Source: Octopus sinensis (lineage: Eukaryota). From it: a DNA stretch of 21,563 nt. Positions 8,482 to 19,496 of this stretch are shown piece after piece. A program made the translations under genes and the position numbers. The DNA is taken from contig NW_021823683.1 of NCBI RefSeq assembly GCF_006345805.1, positions 1-21,563 of the forward strand. Reading direction: 5' to 3'. Position 1 is the first letter of the stretch; each line of letters opens with the position of its first letter. A model generated the notes under the pieces. The model saw nothing but the letters and a program-made list of their open reading frames with translations, did no database searches and was not told the DNA's origin.

Positions 8482-9234
8482 CGCCTTACATATGACACTG
8501 TAAGTAAGTGAGAATATTTAACAGAATTGCAGTTATGAGCATGCGTTAAGTGATAGGGGATATAAAATACCTAGTTCAATTGAAAAGTTACTTTACATTA
8601 TGCACTCACAATTCCCACTTCCACCACAACCACTACCACCTTCTCTCACTCCCCATTCTCTCATTTTCATTGTTTATCTATCTTTTTATCTACGTATCTG
8701 CCTTCCTTTAATCTCACCATCGGAACATCACCGTTCTGCTAAAATTATATTCGTAACCCTCCTCAATATCACTACCTTCAACTAACTTTTCATCACGTAA
8801 TAAATATTACGTTCCCCATACCACATGTCCTCTTCCTCTTTTTCTCCCTCGCACTTTTCTCTCTCCCCTTTTCTCCCTCTCCCTCTCTTTCTGCCCCACT
8901 CTTCGACTCACTATCGTTTTCTCATTCCTTTTTCTTTCTCTCGGTCTCTCATTCCATTCAACTAATCACGTGAAAGCATTACAGTCACGTTCCTTCTACC
9001 TCAGGTCATGGACATTTCTCTTTTGTTCTTTTTCGTTCTCTCTGTTTTTCTCTAATCACGAGAAAGCGTTCCCGACGGACTAATTAACATAATGACAAGC
9101 AGAATTATTATAAGATCAGAAATATTATATTTAAGTTTTCTTCATGACAGACTCCTTCGTTTCCTCCTTATTTTTTACATCATTCTTTTCTTCAGCTCCT
9201 ACATTTTCTGCCACTTTTCTTATTGTTGTTTAAT

Positions 9235-9265
9235 GTTGTTGCTGTTGTTGTTGCATATCATCATT

Positions 9266-9299
<34 letters not shown>

Positions 9300-9650
9300 A
9301 CATCGTCAACATCATCATAATCATCTGTATCATCTTCAACGCTATCATATTCATAGTCCTTCTGCTAATCATATTTTCGTTATCACTAATCGTTATAATT
9401 TATCATGTCTTCATAACTATTTCCTTCCACCATTTACTCTGCTATTTCTAGCATGCAGAATCATCATCACCTTCGTTATGAACATCGTAATAATCAACGT
9501 CGTCATCACCAATTAATCGGCAGGGTTTGTCATCGTTTTCGATAATAATCATCATCATTATCCCCCGAATCCTCCTCACCGTCCTTATTACAACATTTAC
9601 AATCAACATCGCAGTCCTCCTTCTCATCATCATCATCATCATCATCATTT
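9235..9650. repeat. (CAT)n and cryptic trinucleotide low-complexity region
   Basis: Pure (CAT)n runs near 9258-9300 and 9625-9647 with degenerate repeats between. Confidence 0.85.
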
Positions 9651-9770
9651 CGGCCATTCTCTCCTTCACCGTCCTCTTTTTATTAATATGATTCTAAAGA
9701 TACAAGAATTAATATTTTATAAGAAATCTTTTTAATACTTTTTTCTTTTGAACTGTGTTTTATGTTTCAG

Positions 9771-9842
9771 ATATCTCTATATGAATAAGATCACAACCAT
9801 CTCACAAGGATCCTTTAAAAATCTTCCAAGTTTAAGCGACTT
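9771..9842 (+). CDS. Internal exon of a host leucine-rich-repeat protein gene (one 24-aa LRR)
   Basis: Pyrimidine-rich acceptor ...TATGTTTCAG|, exactly 72 nt, donor |GTAAGT, phase 2-2. Translates as YLYMNKITTISQGSFKNLPSLSD(L), a typical extracellular LRR (xLxxNxIxxIxxxxFxxLxxLxxL). The gene cannot be named from one repeat. Confidence 0.9.
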
Positions 9843-10549
9843 GTAAGTTGGTTAAGTTTTTTTATATTATTCTATTTACGAATTTTTTCTAGGAACTTAA
9901 TGTCTTCTTATCTTCCTTTTTCTCTCTCTATCTCTAATGTTCTGCTACTATTTTCATGTTAGAGTGTGTATGAAGGTGTCTATGAGTGTTTGTGTCTCTA
10001 TGTGTCTCCATAAATGTCTAACATTTTGTGTATGAGTGTACGATTGCACGTGACTATCTATGTTTGCATTTGTGTCTATAGGTGGGTATATTATGAAATA
10101 TATATTAATGCAGAATTATACTCACTTCAATAAAAGAAAGTATAGAAATATATTCATCCTTACTCGTTTGAGATACTGATTCTATAATATGAGTTATTTT
10201 AAACTCTACAATTACATGACTTGCTGAAGTTGGTAGTCGTCATTTTGTATGTGTACAGTGAGCTACAGCTGGGCCAATTTGGTCAAACTGGCCAGTTTGA
10301 TGGCTGCATATGCCGTTTCAATTTCTTTAGGAAGGATGTTAATGTAGCTAGTCGTCCACAACATAAAACAACGTTTGGTGTATCCCTCGTACGTTTGTGT
10401 CTGTGTGTATGTCTGATAATTTTACTTATGTTGATATATTTTTATTATCGTTTCTATCCTCATTCCCAAATTTTCTTGTTATTGTTTTGCTTGTCCATCT
10501 TTTCCGTTTTTTTTTTGCTATTTATATTACTTTTTATTCATCACCGACT

Positions 10550-10603
10550 TCGTTGTTGTTGTTTTTGTTTTTGTTGTTGTTCTTCTTCTTCTTCTTCCTC
10601 CTC

Positions 10604-10655
<52 letters not shown>

Positions 10656-10670
10656 CATTATTATTATTAA
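10550..10670. repeat. Compound (GTT)n/(TTC)n/(TAT)n microsatellite
   Basis: Directly visible. Confidence 0.9.
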
Positions 10671-10884
10671 CTAACGAAATACATTATAATCGAACCAAGT
10701 GAAACCGAGTTTATTGAGCAGAGAACTTTTTGAAATGTCAACTGATGAGAAACATCTGCAAAGAAAGATGCACCGCGGCCAATCGACCATTATCTCATCC
10801 GTGAGGGGCCGATTGAAGACGGGTTGAAACGGCAGTAGTGATTAACGAATCTCGTAAAATCCATTTTCCATTTCCGTAATATGT

Positions 10885-10970
10885 GTGTATAGTGTTTTTG
10901 TGTGTGTATGTGTGTCTGTGTATGTGTGTGTCTGTGTGTATGTATGTGTGTGTGTGTGTGTGTGCGTGTG
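10885..10970. repeat. (TG)n microsatellite, interrupted
   Basis: Directly visible. Confidence 0.9.
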
Positions 10971-11099
10971 CATTCGCTTTGGCGTTGGCATGGCTGTGTG
11001 ATAAGAATTGTCCTTCTGTATTCAGTCCTTATGCGTGTACTCTGGTCTCCAGCCGAACAAACCTGGTTGATTGGGTACACGGTAACTGAAAGAAACCTT

Positions 11100-11838
11100 A
11101 TGTTACCTGAGCAATAATACAGCGGCCCCAGCTTTTCTGACACTTTTGGAATCCAGCCTGGACGTAGTTTTCCGTAGGTGAGTCGAGGACCTCTTGATCT
11201 CGACGAGGGTGTTAAATTCACTCTTGATCTCGACCTCTGAGCTGATTTTTCATCTTGAGGAACAGATGCAAGTCAGCAGGTGGTAAATCTGGCGAATAGG
11301 GCAGGTGCGGAAGCGATAGCACGTTGTTTTTGGCAAGAAACTCACGAGTGAGGTGATAGGTGCATTGTTGTCGAGAAAACTTCAATACTTCGCGAATCAC
11401 AGAACTGGTCATTTTCCTCGAACGTCTTCCCTGAAAAATCTCCCAATGCACAATACCGAGGATGTCGGAAAAAAATGATGAACATGCTCTGGATGAAGCT
11501 GTAGATTTTCGTGCGACTGTACACTCGAAACATTACGTACGACCCACTATCTCGCCGCCATATGTTTGCCAAAGCATGCTCTGTCTCTCTGTAGCAGACT
11601 TCCCGATTCTAACGCAAAATTACACTTTCTTCATTTCTTCCAATTTCCTCTTCATGACAAAATTGCAGATTACAGTATCACCAAATTTTAAATTCTACAT
11701 CTTCGGAAGTATATAGAGCGATGTCGCTCAACAGGGTGCCTCATGAAGATCACTGATAGCTACCACCACGCATACAATCGTATGCAGCCATCTGTTTGCG
11801 CGCTATAGAACTCATTCGTGAAATTTGAAACGACCTCG
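11100..11838 (-). mobile_element. Internally deleted Tc1/mariner (mariner-type) transposon
   Basis: 5' end TA|CGAGGTCGTTTCAAA at 11840-11824. Fragments GKSATE..MLWQTYG, FFSDILGIVHWE, REFLAKNNVLSLPHLPYSPDLPPAD.LFLKMK (YSPDL motif) and FQK..W.RCI.AQ. The second TIR is not recognisable. Confidence 0.85.
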
Positions 11839-11845
11839 TACATGC

Positions 11846-11852
11846 ATATATA

Positions 11853-11915
<63 letters not shown>

Positions 11916-11970
11916 GATATGTATGTTATTCATACATACATATATATAATACATATATATATATATATAT

Positions 11971-12029
<59 letters not shown>

Positions 12030-12030
12030 C
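11846..12030. repeat. Long interrupted (TA)n tract
   Basis: Directly visible. Confidence 0.95.
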
Positions 12031-12832
12031 TAAATAAATATTCATACATGCAAACATCTATCTCATATATATATATCTGCTTGTGTTTGTGTATTTATAT
12101 ATATACACTTATAGATATGTATGCATTTCATGCATACATACATACATACAAAATATATATATATATATGTGTGTGTGTGTGTATGTATATATATATATAC
12201 TAAATAAATATTTGTACATGCATACATCTGTCTCATATACATATATCAGCTTTTATTTGTGCATTTATATATATATATGTAAATATATATCTCTATCTAT
12301 ATTATCTCTCTCTCCCTCTCTCTCTCTTTCTATTTTTCTATCTTTCTGTCGTCTACGAGACGACGATACTGCCATTTAACCACAGGAACACATCAGTTGA
12401 TTTATTCAGTTCGATTCTCACACTCGATATTTAGTGCAATCGGGAGATAACACCTGCTTCCCTAGCTTCAAGACTCTACCACACAGGTCTCGATCTGTAT
12501 TTGATCTCCTTGGAGGTGGGTAGTCGTCGCCAGGCATGTCAGGAGTTTACTTCGCTTGCAATATATAGAAAATAATGTCATTGATTATGTAACTAGGACA
12601 CTAAAATGTTAGAAGATCTCTGTTCGTGAAAGAAGCAGTATAAGAAGCAAAAAATATTGCCCATGATCACTTTACAGTGGCTATATATATGTGATATATA
12701 TATATATATTCATGTATGTATTAATACATTATACACATCAAATTACACATAAACACATACCTATAGTTATGTACATATATGTGTGGGTGCATGTGCGTGT
12801 GAGCGTTCGTAGTGCTTTCTTCTGTGTGTATG

Positions 12833-12875
<43 letters not shown>

Positions 12876-13056
12876 AAAATCATATTTAGTGACGGAAATG
12901 TATGCTATTAAAATCTATTATATGCATACAGTTTTTACATTACCATGTTGCCTAATGAAAATGCACACTCACACACATGACATACACACACACGCACTCA
13001 AACTAAGCGATAAATTCATAGGGAAAATTTTGCGTAGAGGAAATGAAAGGACATTG

Positions 13057-13114
<58 letters not shown>

Positions 13115-13198
13115 TACTTTGTTTCTCTCACAGATTTTGAAATTTGGTATATTGATGAATTCTTTCATAATGAATCCGATTTTTTACCCTTGTATCTA

Positions 13199-13230
<32 letters not shown>

Positions 13231-13240
13231 CACGTATACG

Positions 13241-13289
<49 letters not shown>

Positions 13290-13625
13290 TATATATAGAT
13301 ATATGTATTATATATGTGTGTGTATATAGTTAGTAAAAGGAAATAGAGAAGAAATATAGAGGATACCTGGCTATTTTTTTATCTCGATGAAAAGAGTAAT
13401 ACGTACAATATTTAAGATGTAAAGGAAGCGAATCAACAAATGTCATAAACATAAAGCAATCCTACAATTGTTTCCATCGTGATGTTAGGTTTCGATCATC
13501 ACCGTTTCAGCGATGATAGATGTAAAATAACCCCGCATTATATGTCCGGATATCATCAGTGGCAATGTTTACTTTCTGGTGGTGAACAGCGAAATAACTA
13601 AGATGAAGATTGTATCATATATATG

Positions 13626-13698
<73 letters not shown>

Positions 13699-13746
13699 TA
13701 TATATATTATATATATATATATATTTATATGTATATATATATATAT

Positions 13747-13790
<44 letters not shown>
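12833..13790. repeat. Cluster of microsatellites: (TG)n ~12833-12871, (GA)n ~13059-13110, (TA)n ~13200-13310, (TA)n/(TG)n ~13615-13790
   Basis: Directly visible; these explain the YI/RE/CV repeat ORFs in the track. Confidence 0.9.
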
Positions 13791-13791
<1 letters not shown>

Positions 13792-13800
13792 CTGTGTGTA

Positions 13801-13893
13801 GGCGCAGGAGTAGATGTACGCTAAGAAGTATGCCACCGAACCACATGGTTCCAGGTTAAGTCCCACTGCATGACACCTTGGGCAAGTTTCTTT
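13801..13893 (+). mobile_element. 5' fragment of a tRNA-derived SINE
   Basis: GGCGCAGGAG...CCACATGGTTCCAGGTTAAGTCCCACTGC..GACACCTTGGGCAAG: decayed A and B boxes; resembles an abundant octopus SINE from memory. Confidence 0.7.
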
Positions 13894-14086
13894 TGTATGT
13901 TTTGTAGTATTTAAAACAATTTACATTTATGGAATAACTGAACGTCACGCATCCCGACTTTTGTTAACAGTAAGTTTGCATATACATACATGTGTAAACA
14001 TAGGTAAACTAGCAGCTAAGCCCGGTTTCACCCGGTCTGTTTGAATGATGTGGGTGTGATCGTTTTCGGCTTGGCATAATCTATAA

Positions 14087-14101
14087 CAGCGTTTCTCAAC
14101 C
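14087..14101 (+). mobile_element. Single hAT/Charlie-like terminal inverted repeat
   Basis: CAGCGTTTCTCAACC, preceded by ATCTATAA, which resembles the Charlie target NTCTAGAN. No partner TIR found. Confidence 0.35.
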
Positions 14102-14673
14102 TTATTATTTCGGGTCTCCTGTTTCGATTGGAGCCTCCAGCTATATGAAAATTTCTTTCCATCACAACCCCGCCCGCTGTAAGAAAACAGCTTCAGGAGT
14201 TGTGAAGAAAGAATTTGTACGTTGTCTGTTTCTGAGAGCTATTGCATCGGACCACTGTTTAATCATTAAAACATTTATTTAATTATGAAGATAGAAAGAA
14301 ATTATACATTAATCCCTATTTTTGTAAGCAGTTGTATCCATAAAAATTTTCTTTTCAGAGAGCAGAAATTGAAAGATTTGTGAAATGGACATGTGTGCGT
14401 GTGTGTGTTTGTGTGTGTGTGTATGTGCGTGTGTGTGTGAGAGAGAAAGAGAGTGAGAAAGAGAGATAGGGTGAATGAGTTAAGGTGTGTGTCATTGAGT
14501 TACTTTGGCTGCACAGTGACTACGAAGCTTTTGAGGCGGCAGATGACTGGGTGATTTGAAAGATGTGAAGAAGTGCCATCTTTTCAGAGGAGCGCTTCTT
14601 TGTAGGCTAAATTTCTCGTTTTCCCTTCTGATGCACAAATGCCTAGACTTTGTTTGCTGCCAACATGGGAGCA

Positions 14674-15951
14674 TCAAACAGAGAGTTCACCGTGGGAGAA
14701 CACTTGTTCTGTGAGATTTAAACCAACCATTTGCAATGATTGACCCTCTGCCTTATTTATTGTCATTGCAAAAGAGAGGTTGATAGGAAATTGAAACCGC
14801 TTAAATTTGTAGATCGTATCGGAGGGAGTGAGGGACATTGGGGGTAATAAGAACATCTTGAACAGTGGCTGGTACATTCAAGATGTTGCCTGCAGAACTC
14901 GGAGTAAATATATTTTTATTATCATCCGCGTGCCGTTACACATTATTTGAGCATCCAAATTCCGCAGCAGCATGATGGGCACGCCACCTTGAGATGGAGT
15001 TCCAGAGGCGGAAGTCCTGTGGGCGTTTGGGAATTAAGAAATTCTGTTGTGAAAACGGTCATATCTCCGGGTTTTCATGCGTGTCAATGGACTTGAAGGA
15101 GAGTTTTCTCCAGGAAGCAGATCAAAAACTTTATTATTGATAGCGTCGACTGTTTTGTTGTGAGGCGCCAAAATTGCTATTCCTTGTAGGCAAGTTGTAT
15201 GAAGGCTTTGGCTTGCAATGTCAGGAAAAACTGCAGAAATCAAATCATCTTTGGTAGGCACGAAGTTACCAAATGGTAAATGGATGAAACCATCAGTATC
15301 GCCAGATACAGTTCCATTACTAACATCGAGAAGCTGCGCCGAGAATGTGGCCGCATTTTCGTCGCCAAACACGTGAACTCTCATGTTCGTAGTCAGGTGA
15401 AGTTTCTCGCTGTGGTGCCATAAGTAGGATGATTTTATGGAAGCATTTACCTCGTCAGCTCTTGTCCCCCGTGGAATGACAGGTAGAGTTTGTCGGAAGT
15501 TGCCAGCAAGCAGAACAATCACTCCACCCATCACTCTCATATTCCGTCTCAGGTCTTGAAGAAACCGCTCGAGCGCCTCAAATACTGCCTTATAACACAT
15601 GGCTTCCTCATCCGAAATGATAAGGCTGCACTCAGTGAGAAGATTCCCCATGGCTGAGCCGCGACTAACATTGCAAGTTGGATTTCCCTGTTTGGTCAAG
15701 TCTAGTGGTAATTTGAATGCTGAGTGTGCCGTACGACCGCCATGCAGTAGAGTTGCTGCGATGTCGCTGGATGCAACCGCTATGGCAATCCCATTTCCCT
15801 GGAGAATTTTGGCGAGTGGGAGGTTCATGAGAAACGTTTTTCCGGTTCTGCCGGGAGCATCCAAGAAAAAAAATTCGTCCTTCGTTGGAATTGCCACTGG
15901 TGAGGAACCTATTGTATTCAATTCTCTGTACTTCCAAAAGTCTAGGCTCAT
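14674..15951 (-). pseudogene. Helitron PIF1-family helicase, frameshifted and decayed
   Basis: LDAPGRTGKTF (degenerate Walker A), IISDE, GNFRQTLPV and LTTNMR in ORF 15034-15951; FKRFQFPINLSFAMTINKAEGQSL..VG...VFSHG in ORF 14674-14877. Confidence 0.9.
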
Positions 15952-16530
15952 CCTGGGCGTTGAAGCTTTTAAGGGAGGAAAGGGCTGTAGGGAACACCCA
16001 TACTGTTGTTGATGGCAATTTCTTTGCTCTTTATCCTTTTTTTCGCCGAAATTCTTCCAAAATCAGGGACACGTCTTCAGTAAATTGGGTAGCTGTAAAT
16101 ACCAGTACAGGTACCCTGTTAAGCCCTTTCTTGCATTTCTTCGCCGACTATGATGCTGCAAACTTGTTGGTGGTTGGAGCATTGAAACGTCGCGGGTGCT
16201 CACCAGAAGCTCCTCTGTCAGCTTTAATTATCAATTTTAGCTCAGGTTGGGCTTCCAAAAGCAGCAACGCATTCTTCAATTCGTTGACATAAGGGTGTGT
16301 TGCATGAAGCATATGTTGGAGTTCAACAACAATTGCTGCGTCAACATCTGAATTTCTGTTGCACCGTTGGATACCTTCTGCGTTTGAACAACCCATGAAG
16401 AAAATCTGAAAGAAGTTGGGTTTCTTGGTAGGCTGAGGGTAAAGACTTCCCATGCGATGATAACACTGACCTTGAATCTTGAAGGTGTAATGCATCTTCT
16501 TTTTGTAGAGGAATTATATATATATATATA

Positions 16531-17529
16531 TCTTTATATATATAAAACTGAGAATGTGTGTCTGTCTGTCTGTGTGTTTCCCTAAAACTTGAGAACTACA
16601 CAACCAATTCCATTCAAATTTTACACATGCCGTGTAGTTTCATGAGCAAAAATGTCCAACTTATTGCCTAGAGCCAGCCCATAGCCATATCATATCTTCT
16701 CCACAATTTCAGTATTAGGTGTTAAAAGTGAAACAAAAACGTTTCTCTATATTATGTCAGATACTTTCACTTTAACAATAAAATTAATAATAACAATTGA
16801 TTATATGTAGTAAGTAATAATTAAAATAAAACTAAAGTACATAACAAAAGTACAAATAGCAATTGGTGTAAAATTGCATCAATGATTTGAACTTGAATAA
16901 GTGGTTTCACATGAATGGGAATAAATTAAAAATAAAATTAGCGTGCAGTAATTGAATAGTCCAAATGGATGATAAAAAATTAATTAAAGAAAAACTATTG
17001 TCTATAAGTATACAATGTAGAGAGAAAAGAAGATTTGAACACATGGAGGAAAGCACCTTCGAAAAGTGTCGTGGTGCGACTATGAAAGATATCTAACCAG
17101 AGGCGATAAATTCGCCACAATAGAAGCAATGTTCGAGTCAACGGAGCGTGCAAGGGAGTACTCGACTCGAACTTGCAAAGTGGAAATATTATATTTTACC
17201 TTTATATCTGGGAAGCAGGACGTCCCGGGAAGAAAATTTAAAATTCCTTGCCCACCGAAGTAGAGGTAGGCTGGATTGTAGCCACACTTCTATACAAGAG
17301 GTAGGACAAGATACAATTGATCGAAATTACAAGAGACGGGGCTAACAATTCCAGTTCTGTTATATATTTTGAGTATTGTTATCACTAGCGATATCAAGAT
17401 ATAACTTTTGATATTTGTATTTATGTGTAGATGTATATGTATGGATGTACATGTAATATGCACACATATATATAACATATATACATGCACGAGCACTATG
17501 ACCCGGCAACGACGGGTTTTTAATACTAA
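16531..17529 (+). mobile_element. Non-autonomous Helitron with both termini
   Basis: A|TCTTTATATATATAAAA...TGTCTGTCTGTC 5' end; CCCG-N7-CGGG hairpin at 17502-17516; CTAA|T 3' end (CTRR). Inserted between A and T in a TA tract. Confidence 0.7.
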
Positions 17530-17530
17530 T

Positions 17531-17563
<33 letters not shown>

Positions 17564-17570
17564 GTATGAT

Positions 17571-17838
17571 GAAGGCACATGGCTCAGAGGTTAGAGCGTT
17601 GAGCTTACGATCGTGAGGTGGTGAGTTTGAATCCCGGACAGGGCTGTGTGTTGTGTTCTTGAGCAAGACACTTTATTTCACGTTGCTCCAGTTCCCTCAG
17701 CTTTAAAATAAGTTGCGCGACGTCACTGGTGCCTAGCTGTATCGGCCCCTTTGCATTCCCTTGGATAACACTGATGGTGTGGAGAGGGAGGGCGGTATGC
17801 ATGGTTGACTGCTGGTCTTCGATAAACAATCTTGCACC
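17571..17838 (+). mobile_element. tRNA-derived SINE, near full length
   Basis: A box TGGCTCAGAGG, B box GTTTGAATCC, central TGTTCTTGAGCAAGACACTT domain; starts directly after a TA tract. Confidence 0.85.
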
Positions 17839-19284
17839 CCATTTTAGGATAGTTTGATACTCCCCGTGGTTCTGTTAGCTATGAAGCTTATGTAGCTTAG
17901 ATTATATCTATGCCACTCCCTAATTATGAAACACACACACACAATAACATAAACACACACACACATGCATATATGTATATACACTAACTGAATATCCCTT
18001 CGTTGCCGAGCAATTCCCACGACAAAATATTTTGGAAGACTTTGGTATAGCACTCCCACACAAGATATCTTTTTTTCTACGTTCTGGTGGGGATCTTCAA
18101 ATGTTTTCATTCAATGTTGGAAATGATGACAGGAATCTCTTTGAAAATTGTTTTAATGGCGACATTTTTTAAAATTGGTTCAATAAACTCGCATATTCCC
18201 ATGACGATGCTATTTTTCATGCAGTTTTTTGCAGTTTCTGTCCAATTTTGATGAAAATCGATGAGTGAACGAGGTTCATGGCAGTGATTTGATGTCAGTT
18301 AAGGAAAGAATCGGCAATTGCGCCTGAGAAGTGGTTTCATAAAATGAATAGGCGTCTTGCGTGCAAATACCCACCGAGATTTTATTTTCGGCCGTAAATT
18401 CAAATTTTTTATCCGATTTTAAAGAAATTTGAGACATAGGTGAATGTTGGAGGGGGGGGGGGACGGTAAAAAGGGATTTATTTAATTCAGAAGGGCTTGA
18501 AAGGGGCATAGATGCAAATAAAATATAATTAGAGACATTCTTATCGATTTTGTAGAAATTTTACATGTGATTACAGTTCATGTCCATTGTTTAGTTGATT
18601 ATATAATTTTATAAATGTCCATCATTTATATAATGAAGAGTTGACAAAAATTCGATAACTGCACGTGTGTGGTGAATTTTAAGAAATCAATAGGCTTTTT
18701 GTATGCAATCCCATAGGATAGTATATTATGCTGTAACTTTTCACAAATTCATCCGATTTGATGAACTTTGACTTTTAGGTAAAGTTTATGGCCGGAGTCA
18801 TGAAGTAGAATTAAAATAAAATGATGAAAGGCAGAAATCGTCAAAATCATTCAAATAAAATAATGAACTGATTCTGAAGAAAATTGTTAATTGAGTAAAA
18901 TAATCACTTCGACATATAAAAGGTCGGTTATTATAAAATGTATGGAGATTTAAATGTCATGGAATATTTCATGTAAATGGCACATGGGTCTATTTTATGA
19001 CATAACCTTACCACTTTTCTTTATATTTTGCTAAGATTGGACACACTGATCAATTTGTACCGAGATTGACATTCAAAGGGGGGAGAAATAAAAGACATCA
19101 CTCTCAATGGGTGTCGAAGTACACCCAAACGTTCACTGCTATTTCAGACTGTCCACTATGTAGGAGTATTCAACAGCGTTAAGCGGATAAAATGCTTGCC
19201 GAATCAGATATAACATATTAATTGGTAACATGTTGGTAGAGGGAATGTAGAAGATTTCAATACAAGGCCAGAGGGGGTTTAACT

Positions 19285-19325
19285 TCAACACAGAAAACAC
19301 GAGTAACGCAGGGTCCAACAACTAA
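19285..19325 (+). mobile_element. Possible decayed Helitron 3' end
   Basis: CACGAGTAACGCAGGG...CTAA|T resembles the terminus at 17500-17530, but the hairpin is imperfect and no 5' end was found. Confidence 0.3.
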
Positions 19326-19326
19326 T

Positions 19327-19327
19327 G

Positions 19328-19360
<33 letters not shown>

Positions 19361-19362
19361 AG

Positions 19363-19417
<55 letters not shown>
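19327..19417. repeat. (TA)n tract
   Basis: Directly visible. Confidence 0.95.
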
Positions 19418-19419
<2 letters not shown>

Positions 19420-19496
19420 AAAGCACAAGTTCTAGTGGTTAAAGCAGCAGACTCGCGCTCGAGGAATCGGCGGGTTCGAATCTCTGATTATGCGAT
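19418..19496 (+). mobile_element. tRNA-derived SINE head only
   Basis: A box CTAGTGGTTA (19432-19441) and B box GGTTCGAATC (19473-19482); no SINE body follows. Confidence 0.75.

Larger units (their letters stand above)
14009..16510 (-). mobile_element. Helitron derivative lacking the Rep (HUH) domain and the 5' end
   Basis: Pre-Rep region TFKIQGQCYHRMGSL...RRFNAPT (16148-16495) jumps to PIF1 helicase. The 3' terminus is a short CCGG hairpin (~14021-14035) followed by CTAG|T at 14012-14009. Confidence 0.85.

Noticed and set aside
10259-10345. Possible further LRR exons here, at 11095-11177 (YLSNN...|GTGAGT) and at 12550-12610 (IENNVI)
   Set aside because: None is 72 nt with both splice sites and a full LRR pattern; the 11.1-kb case is the antisense of the mariner C-terminus.
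10742-10752. CTGATGAGAAA
   Set aside because: Core halves are adjacent with no helices; chance match.
9092-13866. Poly-H/I/Y, YI, RE, CV and HT repeat ORFs
   Set aside because: Translations of microsatellites.
1420-16495. The two minus-strand Helitron remnants as halves of one split element
   Set aside because: Although one ends about where the other begins in protein terms, their order on the minus strand is reversed.
17990-19070. DNA-transposon/MITE-like sequence (CCGATTT(T)GATGAA-type motifs)
   Set aside because: No terminal inverted repeats, TSD or transposase motif could be located; left unannotated.
19418-19490. A genuine tRNA gene (also considered for 13801 and 17571)
   Set aside because: A and B boxes are present, but there is no acceptor stem or terminator, and each continues into repeat sequence; these are SINE heads.
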